A DNA stretch of 64,000 bases from Camelus dromedarius (taxonomy: Eukaryota): the NCBI RefSeq assembly GCF_036321535.1, contig NC_087436.1:26848001-26912000 (forward strand). Reading direction: 5' to 3'. Position numbers and translations under genes: made by a program. Positions 12,606 to 25,652 of this stretch are shown here, piece by piece (the stretch's first letter is position 1; each line of letters begins with the position of its first letter). Below the pieces are notes generated by a model. The model ran no database searches and was not told the origin of the DNA. It saw only the letters and a list, made by a program, of their open reading frames with translations.

Positions 12606-12649
12606 AAAGATTCACTTAAGTTTAATTAAAGATTCATTTAAATTTAATT
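12606..12649. repeat. 22-bp tandem duplication
   Basis: aaagattcacttaagtttaatt / aaagattcatttaaatttaatt, 2 mismatches. Confidence 0.85.
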
Positions 12650-13407
12650 ATAGCAATAGCAGAATGATAAAAAAAAATTTGGTGCAAAATGTTCTCATTC
12701 ACGTGAGTTATACCCCCTATCTAAAAGCATTTAGTTGGCACCTAAGCCCTGTGTTTTGATTTCACATGAGAAAAATTATGATCAAATTTCTTTCTAGGTT
12801 AGAACCTTATTTTATCTTTACCCTTCATTATTGGTATACTTTTCACATTATTATAAAGGTCAGCAGAACCCACAGAGTGAAAAGGAAATTAATGGATTTT
12901 GAATCAGGGAAAAAAAAAATTGAACTTTACTCAGAATTCTATAGTGGCCTTTTTCAGTTTAGCGTTTCAGGGAAGAAGTTGCTAGTGAAATTTGCAGAAG
13001 AACTCATGTAAATAAGGTAAAGTACTTTTATGAAGTGGGTTTTAAACATTAGCTTTCTCTTCTCTTGAGTTCAATATATTGAGATAATAGTTGTTAACTC
13101 ACTCCCTTGCTTGCTCACATATTCTCTCACAGCGTACGCATATTCTATGAAAAAAGTATGTAGTCTCTACGTCTAGATATGAACAGACACACCAGACAAA
13201 TATACATGTATACATATACACACACATATATGATATATATATAGTATATCATATATCATATATATGCTCCATTCTCTGTTTAATTTAGGGAAAAATGACA
13301 CTTTTTAGTTGTGCAGCATGTTACAGTATTCAATGAAAGTAAGTACAACTTCAACCACAACTTCAATTATTTTGACAAGACACCAGTTAATTATAAAATG
13401 CTGATTA

Positions 13408-13485
13408 GGGGAGTGGATATAGCTCAGTGGTAGAGCACAAGCTTAGTATGTACCGGTCCTGGGTTCAATAGTACCTCTATTAAAG
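13408..13485 (+). mobile_element. tRNA-derived SINE (camelid Vic-1-like)
   Basis: ggggagtggatatagctcagtggtagag...ctgggttcaat: A box TAGCTCAGTGG and partial B box GGTTCAAT, A-rich end, degenerate TSD aaaatgctgatta (13395-13407) / aacatgctcatta (13486-13498). Confidence 0.8.
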
Positions 13486-15969
13486 AACATGCTCATTAAC
13501 TCTGATTTGTCTTTTTCTAATTGCCTAATTTGACTCCATTTAAATATTCTTAGCTATATTATAAAGCACCTGCTCTTCTTTTTCACACTCTTTTCATTTT
13601 CATATTAACACTATTTTTAAAAGTCCAGTCTATTATCAGTATTGACTTCTTCTATTCATCCTTTTCTTTTGTATCACAATTACATTTCTACAAGAAGACA
13701 TTAATGGAAAAATGCAATTTAAAACACACATGTGCCCATTATTTTTTTCTTAAACTATAATATTCTGAAAAGTACCAAAGTGTAAATGTAGAATATGCAA
13801 CATTTATTTTCTACAAAACAATTGTCAATATTTTATTGCTATGACCCGCAAGTTTTATATAGCATACATCTGATGAGAATCAGATTCTATATATCTCTAT
13901 ATTCTATACATCTTCTATATATCTTTTTAAAATAATTATTCTCCAATGTAAACATTTAATATCAGTTAGGTATTACTTGGCACTTTAATCTGATTTTAAG
14001 TAAATCAACACATATAAATTTACTTATAGTTTGTAAAGATCATTATATCTAAAATAGAGACACAAAACTTATATTGAATATTCTAAGAGCAAAAAAGCTT
14101 AATTTGTTTACTGCTGCTTCTTATTTATTTTTCAGGAGTATAAATATGAATTCCATGATTAAAAGAAAATGTAAATTTAATCCCATGGCTCTTTTGAAAA
14201 ATTATTTCTATGCTTACTTTAATTCAAAGTATATGTTGCAATACCAATTTCTTCATCATTAGCACTTAATGGCTAAGCATAACACTTGATTTCAGTCAGT
14301 GATATGTATAAAAAAAGTTTTTTAAGTGTGTCTTTGATTTATTGTCTGAGTTTTAGAATCTTTAGAGACACACATAGACAAACATGCTTTTGATCTTTAT
14401 GTAACAGGTGAAAAGAGAGAATACACATTTTTTTCTACTTAAAATATTTAAGAATTCCTCGACAGCTACTAAGTTTGACAGAATATTAGCAAAAACTTCT
14501 AAATTGCATCGTATAGCCAAAATTTTAACAAGGATACTATTATAGATACTGATAACATTAAAATATATATAAGAAATAAAAGTCACCTATGGGAATTCAT
14601 GCTTAAAGGGCCAAAATAAAATTTAATTCACATTACTTTTGATTCCTTGTAAGATCTCAAACTAGTTTTTCATGATGTTATTTTGCTACCATCATTTATA
14701 ATTCTAGGGTCACTTTTTTTTTTACCAAACCACAATTCCAAGATGAACTGGGCAATTTTACACTGCCGTGTTATTCTATGAATAATCATTAAGGCTTTTA
14801 ATTTGCCTAGGATACTTTACTTGAATTATATAATTTCAGGGATAAATTGGCATGATGGCCTCCTCATTAGCTGTTGCTAAGTGATACGATTAATAAGTCT
14901 TATCTCAGCCTTTATGTCAGCATTTATTATCCTATTTTTTCATGACTGATTCCAATTTATTTATATCCAAAATTGGCAGTGTTATAATTTTGCATAGGCA
15001 AAAGTCTCACAATGAGAGCCCCAAATATTTAAGAATATTAAAGATTAAATATCCTTTTCAGGTTTTTGAAGTGAATATTAATTTAGCTGTCAATTATATT
15101 AAAGTAAAAAAAGGTATAGCAATTAGTTTACTTAGTTTCACAAATAACAGCCTTAGCATATTTTATTTTATTTATTTCATATTTAAATTAGTTTATTTTA
15201 TCAGCATATTTCCTTTAAATTGTTAAAATTTTATTTTTTGCATATCCCAAATTTGTAATATCTGAAATAAGTAATATTAACTAGGTATTTATAATTGTTA
15301 AAATCAAAAAGGACTTTAAGTTAATCTATGCATTTATATTTTAGGGATTTTTGCATTTCCAATAAGGCATTTATTCTTCTTTTCTTTGTTAAATCTCTCA
15401 AGAAACAATACACTGACAGTTTCATTAGACATAGTTTCAATCTCTGGTTTAGTAGTATCATTAAGATCACAATATATCTTTGATATATTTTGACAAGTAT
15501 ATAAGTTAGGCAGAATAGAAAACAAGAGTGAGAAGTTAATATCATTTTTAATTTTTTACTTTCCAAATTGTCTAAAATACACATATACACCTTTTTGTTT
15601 GTTTGTTTTGATATTGATTTTTGCTCTCTCCACCATAACTCAGCCAGCCAGGACAATGAGCAAGGGGTTAATTATAATGTAAATACAATAAATTAGTTGA
15701 CCATTTAATTCTGAGGTCATATTACATATGCTAATTTTGAAAATGCCATGATATGAATAAGTATATACATTTTTATTAATCAAACTGTCATTACATTAAA
15801 AGTAATTTGTATGAACTCTCCGAGTAAATAGAAGCTATAAAAATTATGCAAAATATGAAAATTACCTACTGGAAGAAACTGAATTGCCAAGAGTTATATC
15901 TTTAAAAAAGGAAATATAGGGAAAATGAATAATAGAAAGATTACCTAAAATGAGAAGAAAAATTAGAGA

Positions 15970-17500
15970 TGATATTTGCATTTGGATACTCTCTTCTGCT
16001 GCTGCTGCCCACTCAGGAGAGATTTCTGACTAACTGAGAAGCTAAGCAGTACTTTTCCTGAGACCAAGGGAACACACTGAGCAGAAGCAAATATAAATTG
16101 TCTTGGGAGTGCAACAACATGATCTTAGGCCTCTAATTTTTACATTCCATTTATTACACTAAATCCAGAACTCAAAAACTATTAGTCATAAATGAAATAA
16201 AATTACATAATTGCAAAACAAGAAAGAGTAGACAATACAGATGGGCCAATAGGACATCCAGGTGATGGCATTATCAGACACAGATTATAAAATAACTAAA
16301 CTTACTATAATTAATATAAAATTTAAGATTAAAATTTCTATGCAAAAGCTATAAACTATAAAAAAATGGGTATTTTAAAATTAAAATATAGTAAAGATAT
16401 TAAGATCTTAAAGGATGGCTTAATAGCTGATTAAATAGGTTAGGAGAGAATTAGTGATTTGAAATATATGTCAGAAGAAACTACACAGAATGAATCATAG
16501 AGAAACAAAGAGAATAAGATGAAAAAGAAAGTAAAAATAAATAAATAAATAAAGATATAGTTAGAAGATCTGAAGTCCCTAAAATAGACCTCAAGAGAAG
16601 AGTGGGGAAGAAGCAATATTTGAATTGATATACAAAGAGGGAAACAGATGATAAGCAATAGATTCAAGCAACTCTTACAATCTTTAAACAAAATGAAAAC
16701 AGAAATTCATACCTATGTGCTCATAAATAACTGTTAAAATTCATTTTAAAAAATGAGATTTCTAAAACATCCAGATAAAAATCATTACGTTCAAAATAAT
16801 AAATATTAAACTGAAATATCCCTCTTTAGCCAAACAATGAAAGAAATTAATGTCAACTTACAATTCCCTAGCCAATAAAAATTTCCTTCAAAGATGAAAA
16901 AAAAATTTTTCAGGCAAAGAAGTTATTGAATGTATCAACATCAAACATAAATTCAAGAAAACACTAAGAAAAAATAATTCCTATATGGCACCTTGGAGAC
17001 ACAGGAAGAAATGAACAGCTATGGAAATGGTAAATATGTGGGTACTTTTAAATGACTTTACATCATATTAAAATAAAATTCTATATTTCAGGTTTAAAAT
17101 GGACATTGAGTTAAAAGCATTAGAACAATATTATAAAATCAAGAAGAGGGTAAATAGCAATAAATTCAAGTTATATTAGATTTCGATAAAGTAAAAGTGG
17201 ATGTTTTAATCTCTTGTTAACCATTTAAAGAACAGAATACGCATATGGTTACCACACCAGAAAAATTGAGAAATGGAATGATAAAAAAATAATTAAAATG
17301 AGAGCAAAAGAAGAAAAAAACCCAGAAATGTTGCGAAAAATTAAGCCCAGATCTTAAGGCAATGTTTAAAAAAAGGTATATCAATTTTACATTAAATGTA
17401 AATGTGTTACAGTTTATATTAGAATATAAAGATTATTATACTGGTTCAAAACTACTAGCAAAATTCAATTATTTTAAGTTTAAGAGGAAAGGGTAAGTTA
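15970..17500 (+). mobile_element. Ancient L1 (L1ME/HAL1-like) ORF1 region
   Basis: A-rich sense strand with ttatcagacacagattataaaataact, gagagaattagtgatttgaa, agaagaaactacacagaatga; many stops. Confidence 0.6.
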
Positions 17501-17634
17501 TAAGTGTATAGAACAAGCAAGCAAATCAGGTGAGGGGAAGAAGGAAAGGCACTATATGACATTACTTGATGTTGATATTGTTCCTCTCTCCTTTAATGGT
17601 AGTTCTATATACATTTTCTATAACGCAGGAACTT

Positions 17635-17676
17635 TATGAGACTACATTCTCTATGAGACTACATTCTCTATGAGAC
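17635..17676. repeat. 17-bp unit x2.5 (tatgagactacattctc)
   Basis: Perfect copies at 17635 and 17652, partial at 17669. Confidence 0.95.
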
Positions 17677-20600
17677 AAATGTAGTTCTTTACTGCCTCAT
17701 TTACTCAATCATTGATGTGAATTAGCAGGATGAAATTTCACAAAGTTCAAAGTGCCTTTTGAGCTAGTCTGACATGAAATAGTTTGTGTCATTTATGTGT
17801 AAATTCATATTGCTGTGCACTGGGATCACCTTATAAATACAATAAAAAAGAAATGTATGATTGCAGCTCATACTGAGATGAAATGAAGACTTTTGAGATT
17901 GTGCATTCAGGCCCATCCTTAAAAATAAACTTACTGTCTATAATCACAAAGACAGAAACATCGTATTGTTGATTTAAATATGCAAATAAAGGGATTTCTC
18001 ACATGTTTGATAATGTCATCGTCCACTCTGGGTTACAGAGTGAATACCAGAGATTTATTTATTTTTATGAGAGCTCATGAGGCTTCCATGAGCTAGCTGG
18101 AAATAGAGGGAATAAAATAGGTTTAACAGAAAAAGTTTATACAATAAGGATATTGTAATGTAGGAAAAATACTTCTATGGCCCCAACACAAATTTGTCAA
18201 ATATTCAAAGCTGTCAAATGACTTTATAAGTCCATATCATTTTTAGTTACCATGAATATTGTGCTCTTGTTTCACAATTATGATTTATCCACATGCTCAA
18301 CTGTATCAGTTTCTAATTACTGTAAACACATTATAATATATACCTTTTTACTTTTTTTTCCACATACTACCTATATTAGGTTGATTGATTTTGACAGATC
18401 TCACTTTCAACCATTCAAATAACTTCTATGGTGTAAAGGAATTATGACAAAAAAGTGTTAGTGGTCTTTAATTAACACATCTTTATGTATTACTTTATTA
18501 GTTTGTTTGCTACAATTGAACCTAATACACAGCTCTTAAGGAAACAGAGCAAATATAACTGGTGTCTACTGAGATTAGTTGGTGGAATGTTGGGAATGAG
18601 AATGGGTAAGTATCAGGTGAAGTAGCATGGAAATATGCAGAGTATGGGGTATTATACAGTTTAAATAGTTGAAGAGTCTGAGAGCAAAGGATATAAAGCA
18701 GGATGTAAAGGACATGAGAAAAATAAAACAGAAGACTGTGTAATGACACAAACATACAATTTTGATCAGTCCTGTGGTGTTGTCTTCCAATGGCTCATAT
18801 TTTAAATGTAGACTATACTGAATCTATTTCATGTGCTTGGAAATCATCTTATAAAGAGAACATTTATTGTGTAACTTTTAAAAAAATTTTATAATTATGG
18901 AATTATCTTTTTGAATTTAATTACATTTGGATTGGATGTATATATTTATTTTCAATTTAACTTTTTCAAATCATTGATTTTTTCAAGGCCAGTGTGACTG
19001 AAAGAATACAAAATAAAATACATCAGCAATGTAACTGATACAAACATAGTGAAAATTAGAATAAGATACTTTAATTGAAAGTAAAATAAAAACTTGAAAT
19101 TATATGAAAATCATTGTGATCAGACTGTTAAAGAAAACTTAAACTGTTCTTATCTCATCAGAACTGCCTGAAGTTACTTTTGTCACTCTGGTTAAAAGAC
19201 AGACCAATTAAGAACATGCAAAACTGTTTAATGTTAGATAAAGAAAATGATACTTCAGATCTATGATTAAACACATTTCAAGATCAGGGTATTCAAATTT
19301 GAGATTTCTGAAAAAGGAAACATTTACTCAATGGACACATACTGGTTAACACCAAATTAATCTCAGAAGAGAAGGTCTTGTTTCTGTTGATTCATTCTGT
19401 CCTTCACATCTTGTCAATTTACCAGTTAACAGAGCAATAGTGTGGAGATAAGCTCTTATCTCAAAATACATCATGCAAGTGTAGGAGAGAGCCTCAGTGT
19501 AGAATTGAAAACAAAATCATCAATTTTATGTATGTGCAGATTAGCGTAGATGGCTGATCATCACCTCTGGAGGAGAAGTACCGTAGGTGGCTGTCAAAGA
19601 AGAACCATTAGGAAGGGAAAACTAGAGTTCAGACTATCTGTATGGTGGGGAAAAAAGTAATTACTCATAGGCTATTAATTATCTGGGACTATCTATTTCC
19701 ATTTTATGAAACCTACAGAGATGGCAATGTGAACCTTTATAAACTGATTTTTTTTTAACCTATTCACTAATGAGTCTCAGCTTAAAATACTGTATTATTA
19801 ATGCCATCATATACTTCCAGTTTAAGATACATATAAACACATAATTTGTTGCAATTTTTGAATTATTTACCACAAATACATTCACTATATGTAACATAAT
19901 TTGGTAAATTATTTTAACATGAATCAATGCCTTTTTCTTAAAAGATAAATATTTTCCTATAGGATATAAAACAATGTTTGGTTACTTATTTACATAAAGG
20001 GATGGGGAAGCAAGATTCTATGTTACTTATTCTAGCACGTAATTAATTGTCCCTCAAAATCTAGTTAACACTTTCTTAAAATCTAAGAAAGTAAGTGGCT
20101 AAATGTATAAAGCCTCTTGGCCATCTTTATGCTGAATAAATATGTCCTTTATTGCCAAATAATTTATTTGATATTTCATTTAACATTCATACCTGAGATT
20201 CTCCTTCCTTAGCTAAGAGAATAATCTGATAATTTTTGTTACCTTCAATTATGGCACAAAATGATTATAGGCTGGACTGAGAATGATTTATACATCCAAT
20301 GCTATAAGTACAATACTATATATAGTATATAGTATATTACATTGTGTGATATAGTAGTCTAACTGTAACGATCATATTTATATAATTTTAGTTAAAGGTG
20401 TAATCCATTGGTTTCTTCTTATAGTTTTCTCTTACTGTTTGTGCACCTTATTTCCATGGTCTTAGCAACCTGGAAGATACATAATTGTTCTCTTATTTTT
20501 TATACCCATTTTATATAGGTGATTGCCTCCACATATATGTATGTACCCCCTTCTCTATAAGGGATTCAGAAATTTGAAGGTGAAAACTGATTTTTGTGTT

Positions 20601-21574
20601 CATCACTTACTTCTGAAGAACTGTGGTAGGTACTTCACATGTCATTATTTTTCCCTAGCTATAAAACTGACTAGTTAGGGACACAGCATCCATTAGAGAA
20701 AAGTGAAGAAAATCATTCTAATGTATTGCCTCTGTTATTAAGGCTGCATAAATATCTGTTTGATTACACAGAAACACACACACACAAACACACACAGTAG
20801 TAGGACACCCAGCACTATTTATATCATTACACAAGTCGTGGATCCAGTAATAAAGGAAAGGAAGGATGAAAGTTAGTATCTTCTTGTTGAGTTTTCATTT
20901 ACTTGATTATTCATGAGACGAAGTTTTTATGTTGAACTCCTTGTATTCTGCAACTTGCATATTTATGTATTTTGCTCATTTTTATATTGAGATACTCTTC
21001 TTTTTAATTTTTTACTTATATGGGGTCAAAGTATTATCATAAATACTATTTGAATTTTACATATATTACAAATATTTTCCCACTGTCATTTTATCTTTTA
21101 GCTACTTTTTTTTCTTTCTTATACAAGTGTGTCTTTTTCTGAATGTAAACATAACATGTAATTTTTAGTGTAGAAAATCTGGAAAATTCATAAAATACAA
21201 AGTGAAAAAGAAAGAACTGCATGTTGTATCATCTGGGGAAAAAATCCCTGAAAAATAATTTATAAGAAACAGCAATAATGAACAATCAAACTTTAACAAT
21301 GTATCTTCAATCTTTCACCTTCCACTCTATTTTTCCAAGGCTACAAGTCACATTACTTATTTTTAACTCTTCCAAATCTCTAAAGAGTGAATAAAATCAT
21401 GTACTGTGAACTATCCAGGCCATAGAAAACCACCAGGAAGTCATCTGCATAGTTACACAACATTTAGCATGGATTTTAGATTCTGAAAATTAGAGCTTGA
21501 AGTAGATCAGCATTATATGAGGTCCCTACAGAACTTGGACTGGTATTAAGTCACTGACCCTCTAATTTAAACCC

Positions 21575-22214
21575 ACCCTTCTAGTCTTAGCTTTTTAGCT
21601 GGGTCTGATGTTCTGTGTTCCACTTTTCTCCTTTGCCTGCTGCTCTGTGTTAGACTTTGCCAATGAGGGGTGCGAGAGGGAGGCTGCAACGATGGAGGAG
21701 TAAGAACAGATCTGCTCCATCCAGGTGGCTTCCTATTGGTTTACTTCTGCAGTTCCTATGACTGCTACCCGGGCACACTTCTTCACTCCAGAAGAAGTAG
21801 TTCTTTTCCATAGCAGCAAGAGAATATGGTTTTCAATTTTTCCAACACTTGCAGATCCAGCTTTGCTGTACCTTTTTTCAGAGGTGGGGTCTTGGCCCTA
21901 CAGAGACCATCCTCCCTGCTCAGACATCAATTCCAGATAAGCAGTGCCCCTGCCTCTGAGGTCTGAGGTCTGGGGACAATCTCCATGGAGCCCTTTGTTT
22001 AAATGTCTAAGTTTTGATAATTTCAGACTATTCTTCTCTTTCCTCAACCCTAGGGATGGTTCCTTCTGCCAGCAATGTGACCTCCATGATACCTTAGTGT
22101 TTGCTTTTTTGTCTTACAGTCATAACTTCCTTCCTAGTTAACAATGTACTACAATAATACATTTTCTTCATTCAAATAATTGGTGTGACTTCTTACTCCT
22201 ATTTGATTGATACA
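21575..22214 (+). mobile_element. ERVL-class LTR (LTR33/LTR41-like)
   Basis: GC-richer block with ctgctctgtg..tttgccaatgagggg..gagagggagg; ends in the ERVL-type terminus gattgataca. Confidence 0.55.
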
Positions 22215-24164
22215 GATGTGTTTCTAGAATCTCATATTGATAAATGTCTCCTTTCTCTTCAAATCTCTTGAATTCTCTAGCCAGTTCTCCTGTGCCATTC
22301 TTATTCTTGTTGGCCAGGCTTTATTGTGATTTTCATGTTGACAAATGACTTTACCAATCCATAGTCAACTGCTGATTTTTATCCTCTGTTTCTTTCATCA
22401 TGCAGCAGTAGAATTTTCTTTATCCATTCTTTCAGTGTCAGCACTGTCACTTGTAATCACTCCTGTCATCATTATGAGTTGAAACTTTTCACCATTCAAA
22501 ATAAATTTCAAGAAAAAGAAGCTACAGTGAAGAAAGCAGGATGTAATATAGAACACATAATTCAGAAGGGAAAGAATACTATACAAACAATGTGTAAACA
22601 AGTGAAATAATTTCAGATAATGATTGAATCAAGAAAAACTTCAGCAAGTTGGTGGGCATCAGAATGAACCAAAAGCAAAAGTAGAGGCAGGAAGATATTG
22701 GGGAGGGGTTAGCCATTATAGTTACATATTATAATGTTGCTACTTTAGTTTTAGGTGGAGTGAAAGTGAGGCTTTATAACCAGGAAAATGACCATGAGTT
22801 CTTTTTGAAACTGTTGTGTGTGAGATGTATATTGAGCCTTCAAGCAGAGATGTCTATTTGGCTTTTAAACGCAGATTTCTGGGGCATAGGACAGGGGTCA
22901 AAATTGTATATATACTTTTCATCAAGTAGTTAACTAAGCATAGTTGAACAAAATGACTGTAAATAATATATAATGCATTTCTGATATTGATTTCCAATGC
23001 CTTGCCAGAAAGAAACTATTAGGTTGGTTCTGCTCTGGTGCAGGCAGAATTTGTCTTTCCTTGCCTACACTTGGCAGTTTTCTTCCTAGGTATCCTGTCC
23101 TATTTTCATTTATATCAGCTTATTTTGAATCTTTGTCTCCTGGAAACAGAACAACTGTTTTATATGCTTAAAGAAAAAATAATCTCTAGAAGTAGAATGA
23201 TTATTAATAGTTTCAGCAAAAGGTCTTTCTTCTGATAATACATGATTCAAGCTTTTATTATTTGAATTTTAGACTTTTTTTTTTTTTGTACAATCAGCTT
23301 GGCTATATAACTGTGTTTTCCTTGTGCTTCTGAGTTTTCCCCATGCTGAATTACAGAATAAGATTATGAGCATCTCCAGTGTATAAGAAAGCAACTTCTT
23401 GACTTAACTGAAAAGCAATTCCTGTTATTGACCAGGAATATGAAGTCATTATATTCTATCTGATTTATTATTTAAACTTCATGGGTGCAGCAATCCTGTA
23501 TTTTGCTATGTAATCACTCTGTAAAATGTGGGTTCTGTTACCCACAAATTCAGGGCAAATATACCTCAGCGGTAGTTAAGCAAATTTACATGGTGATGGT
23601 AAACTTGTAGAACTCATTTCCCACTAAGAGTGATCATAGTTTAAATATTCAGCAGACGAGAAAAGGCAAAGATGAACCTTACTATCTGAACTTGCTAAGG
23701 ATCTAAAAGGGGGAGTGCATATTGGAGGGCCATACAATTACAAGCTGTATATATATTTTTAAGTTCTAAAAGCCATAATCTAATATATTTATTTAAAAAT
23801 AAGCATTTTATAGAAATTTGAAAAAATAAGAAAGCTGGATCTACAGGGGAAATTCCAGCACTCCCATTCCACAGCAATAATAAATCCAGTAATATAGTCA
23901 GAAATAAATTATATTTCAATAATTGTGTTATAAAAATGTTTAAAATGTCCTGACCTCAATGGCTTTGTCTCAGTCAACATGTTAACTTTTGGTAGTTTTG
24001 GTGCAGAGAGAGAGAATGCACTTATTTCACACAAAGCATGTTTATCAATGCATGAATTATCTGCATTGTAAATTATCTACAGATGTTGACAGCCATCCTT
24101 CAGTAGCTAGACACCTGATTACAGACATCACATTATCTTAAAAGATTTAATTAATGGTGACTTC

Positions 24165-24385
24165 GGTATACAGAGTTCTTAAGTGACCCCCAATGAACCT
24201 GAGTCTTATAAAATCCCCTACCCTTTTTGAGTGTTGGTGAGCCTCTGGATATATATCAGTTCTGTGATTATGTGACATTATAAGCAGAGTTGACTTTAAG
24301 AAAGGAATATTATCTGGATGAGCCTAGTATCATAATTACATGAGCCCTTTAAAAGCAGAGTGTTTTCCTCTACTGGAGGCTAAAT
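24165..24385 (+). mobile_element. MaLR LTR 5' part (MLT1E-like)
   Basis: ccccaatgaacct..gtgattatgtgacattata..gttgactttaagaaagg..tatctggatgagcct..tgagccctttaaaagcagag. Confidence 0.6.
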
Positions 24386-24626
24386 AATAAATAATCATTA
24401 CAAGATATTTTGAAGACACCTGATTAAAGTTACATCATGTTTAAGTACTATAACTTAAGTTACCTGTGTAGACCATTCTGTCATTTATAGCATATAGTCA
24501 CAGTATTGTAACTCATAATAAATGTTTATGATACCTAGTTTGTATTCCCCAGAAGATCTAGTAAAATATTTACAAAAATAGCTGATGATTATATTTATAT
24601 TAAGCTATTATGAATGTGATATAATA

Positions 24627-25652
24627 TTTTTTAAACATTTTTTATTGATTTATAATCATTTTACCATGTTGTGTCAAATTCCAGTGTAGAGCACAATTTT
24701 TCAGTTATACATGAACATATATATATTCATTGTCACATTTTTTTCTCTGTGAGCTACCATAAGATTTTGTGTATATATCCCTGTGCTATACAGTATAATC
24801 TTGTTTATATATTCTACAATTTTGAAATCCTGTCTATCCCTTCCCACCCTCCGCCCCCTTGGCAACCACAAGTTTGTACTCTATATCTATGAGTCTATTT
24901 CTGTTTTGTATTTATGCTTTGTTTTTTTTTGTTTTTGTTTTTGTTTTTTAGATTCCACATATGAGTGCTTTCATGTGGTATTTTTCTTTCTCTTTCTGGC
25001 TTACTTCACTTAGAATGACATTCTCCAGGAGCATCCATGTTGCTGCAAATGGTGTCATGCTGCCGGTTTTTATGGCTGAGTAATATTCCATTGTATAAAT
25101 AGACCACAGCTTCTTTATCCAGTCACCTGTTGATGGACATTTAGGCTGTTTCCATGTTTTGGCTATTGTAAACAGTGCTGCTATGAACATTGGGGTGCAG
25201 GTGTCATCCTGAAGTAGATTTCCTTCTGGATATAAGCCCAGGAGTGGGATTCCTGGGTCATATGGTAAGTCTATTCCTAGTCTTTTGAGGAATCTCCACA
25301 CTGTTTTCCATAGTGGCTGCACCAAACTGCATTCCCACCAGCAGTGTAGTAGGGTTCCCCTTTCTCCACAGCCTCTCCAGCATTTGTCATTTGTGGATTT
25401 TTGAATGATGGCCATTCTGAGTGGTGTGAGGTGATACCTCATTGTAGTTTTGATTTGCATTTCTCTGATAATTAGTGATACTGAGCATTTTTTCATGTGT
25501 CTGTTGACCATTTGTATGTCTTCCTTGGAGAATTGCTTGTTTAGGTCTTCTGCCCATTTTTGGATTGGGTTGTTTATTTTTTTCTTATTAAGTCGTATGA
25601 GCTGCTTATATATTCTGGAGATCAAGCCTTTGTCGGTTTCATTTGCAAAAAT
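24627..25652 (-). mobile_element. Young 5'-truncated L1 (ORF2 C-terminus plus 3'UTR)
   Basis: Uninterrupted 225-aa ORF 24948-25625 with the L1 ORF2 Cys-rich motif [18 protein letters not shown]; perfect 19-bp TSD ttatgaatgtgatataata (24608-24626, 25653-25671). Confidence 0.95.

Noticed and set aside
13190..13265. Hairpin with 12-bp arms (13226-13256)
   Set aside because: Within TA-rich low-complexity sequence, where self-complementarity is trivial.
13408..13485. Functional tRNA gene
   Set aside because: T-arm/B box is partly deleted, and the A-rich tail and TSD indicate a SINE.
24948..25625. 225-aa host protein-coding gene
   Set aside because: It is the C-terminus of L1 ORF2 in a 5'-truncated copy with no promoter.
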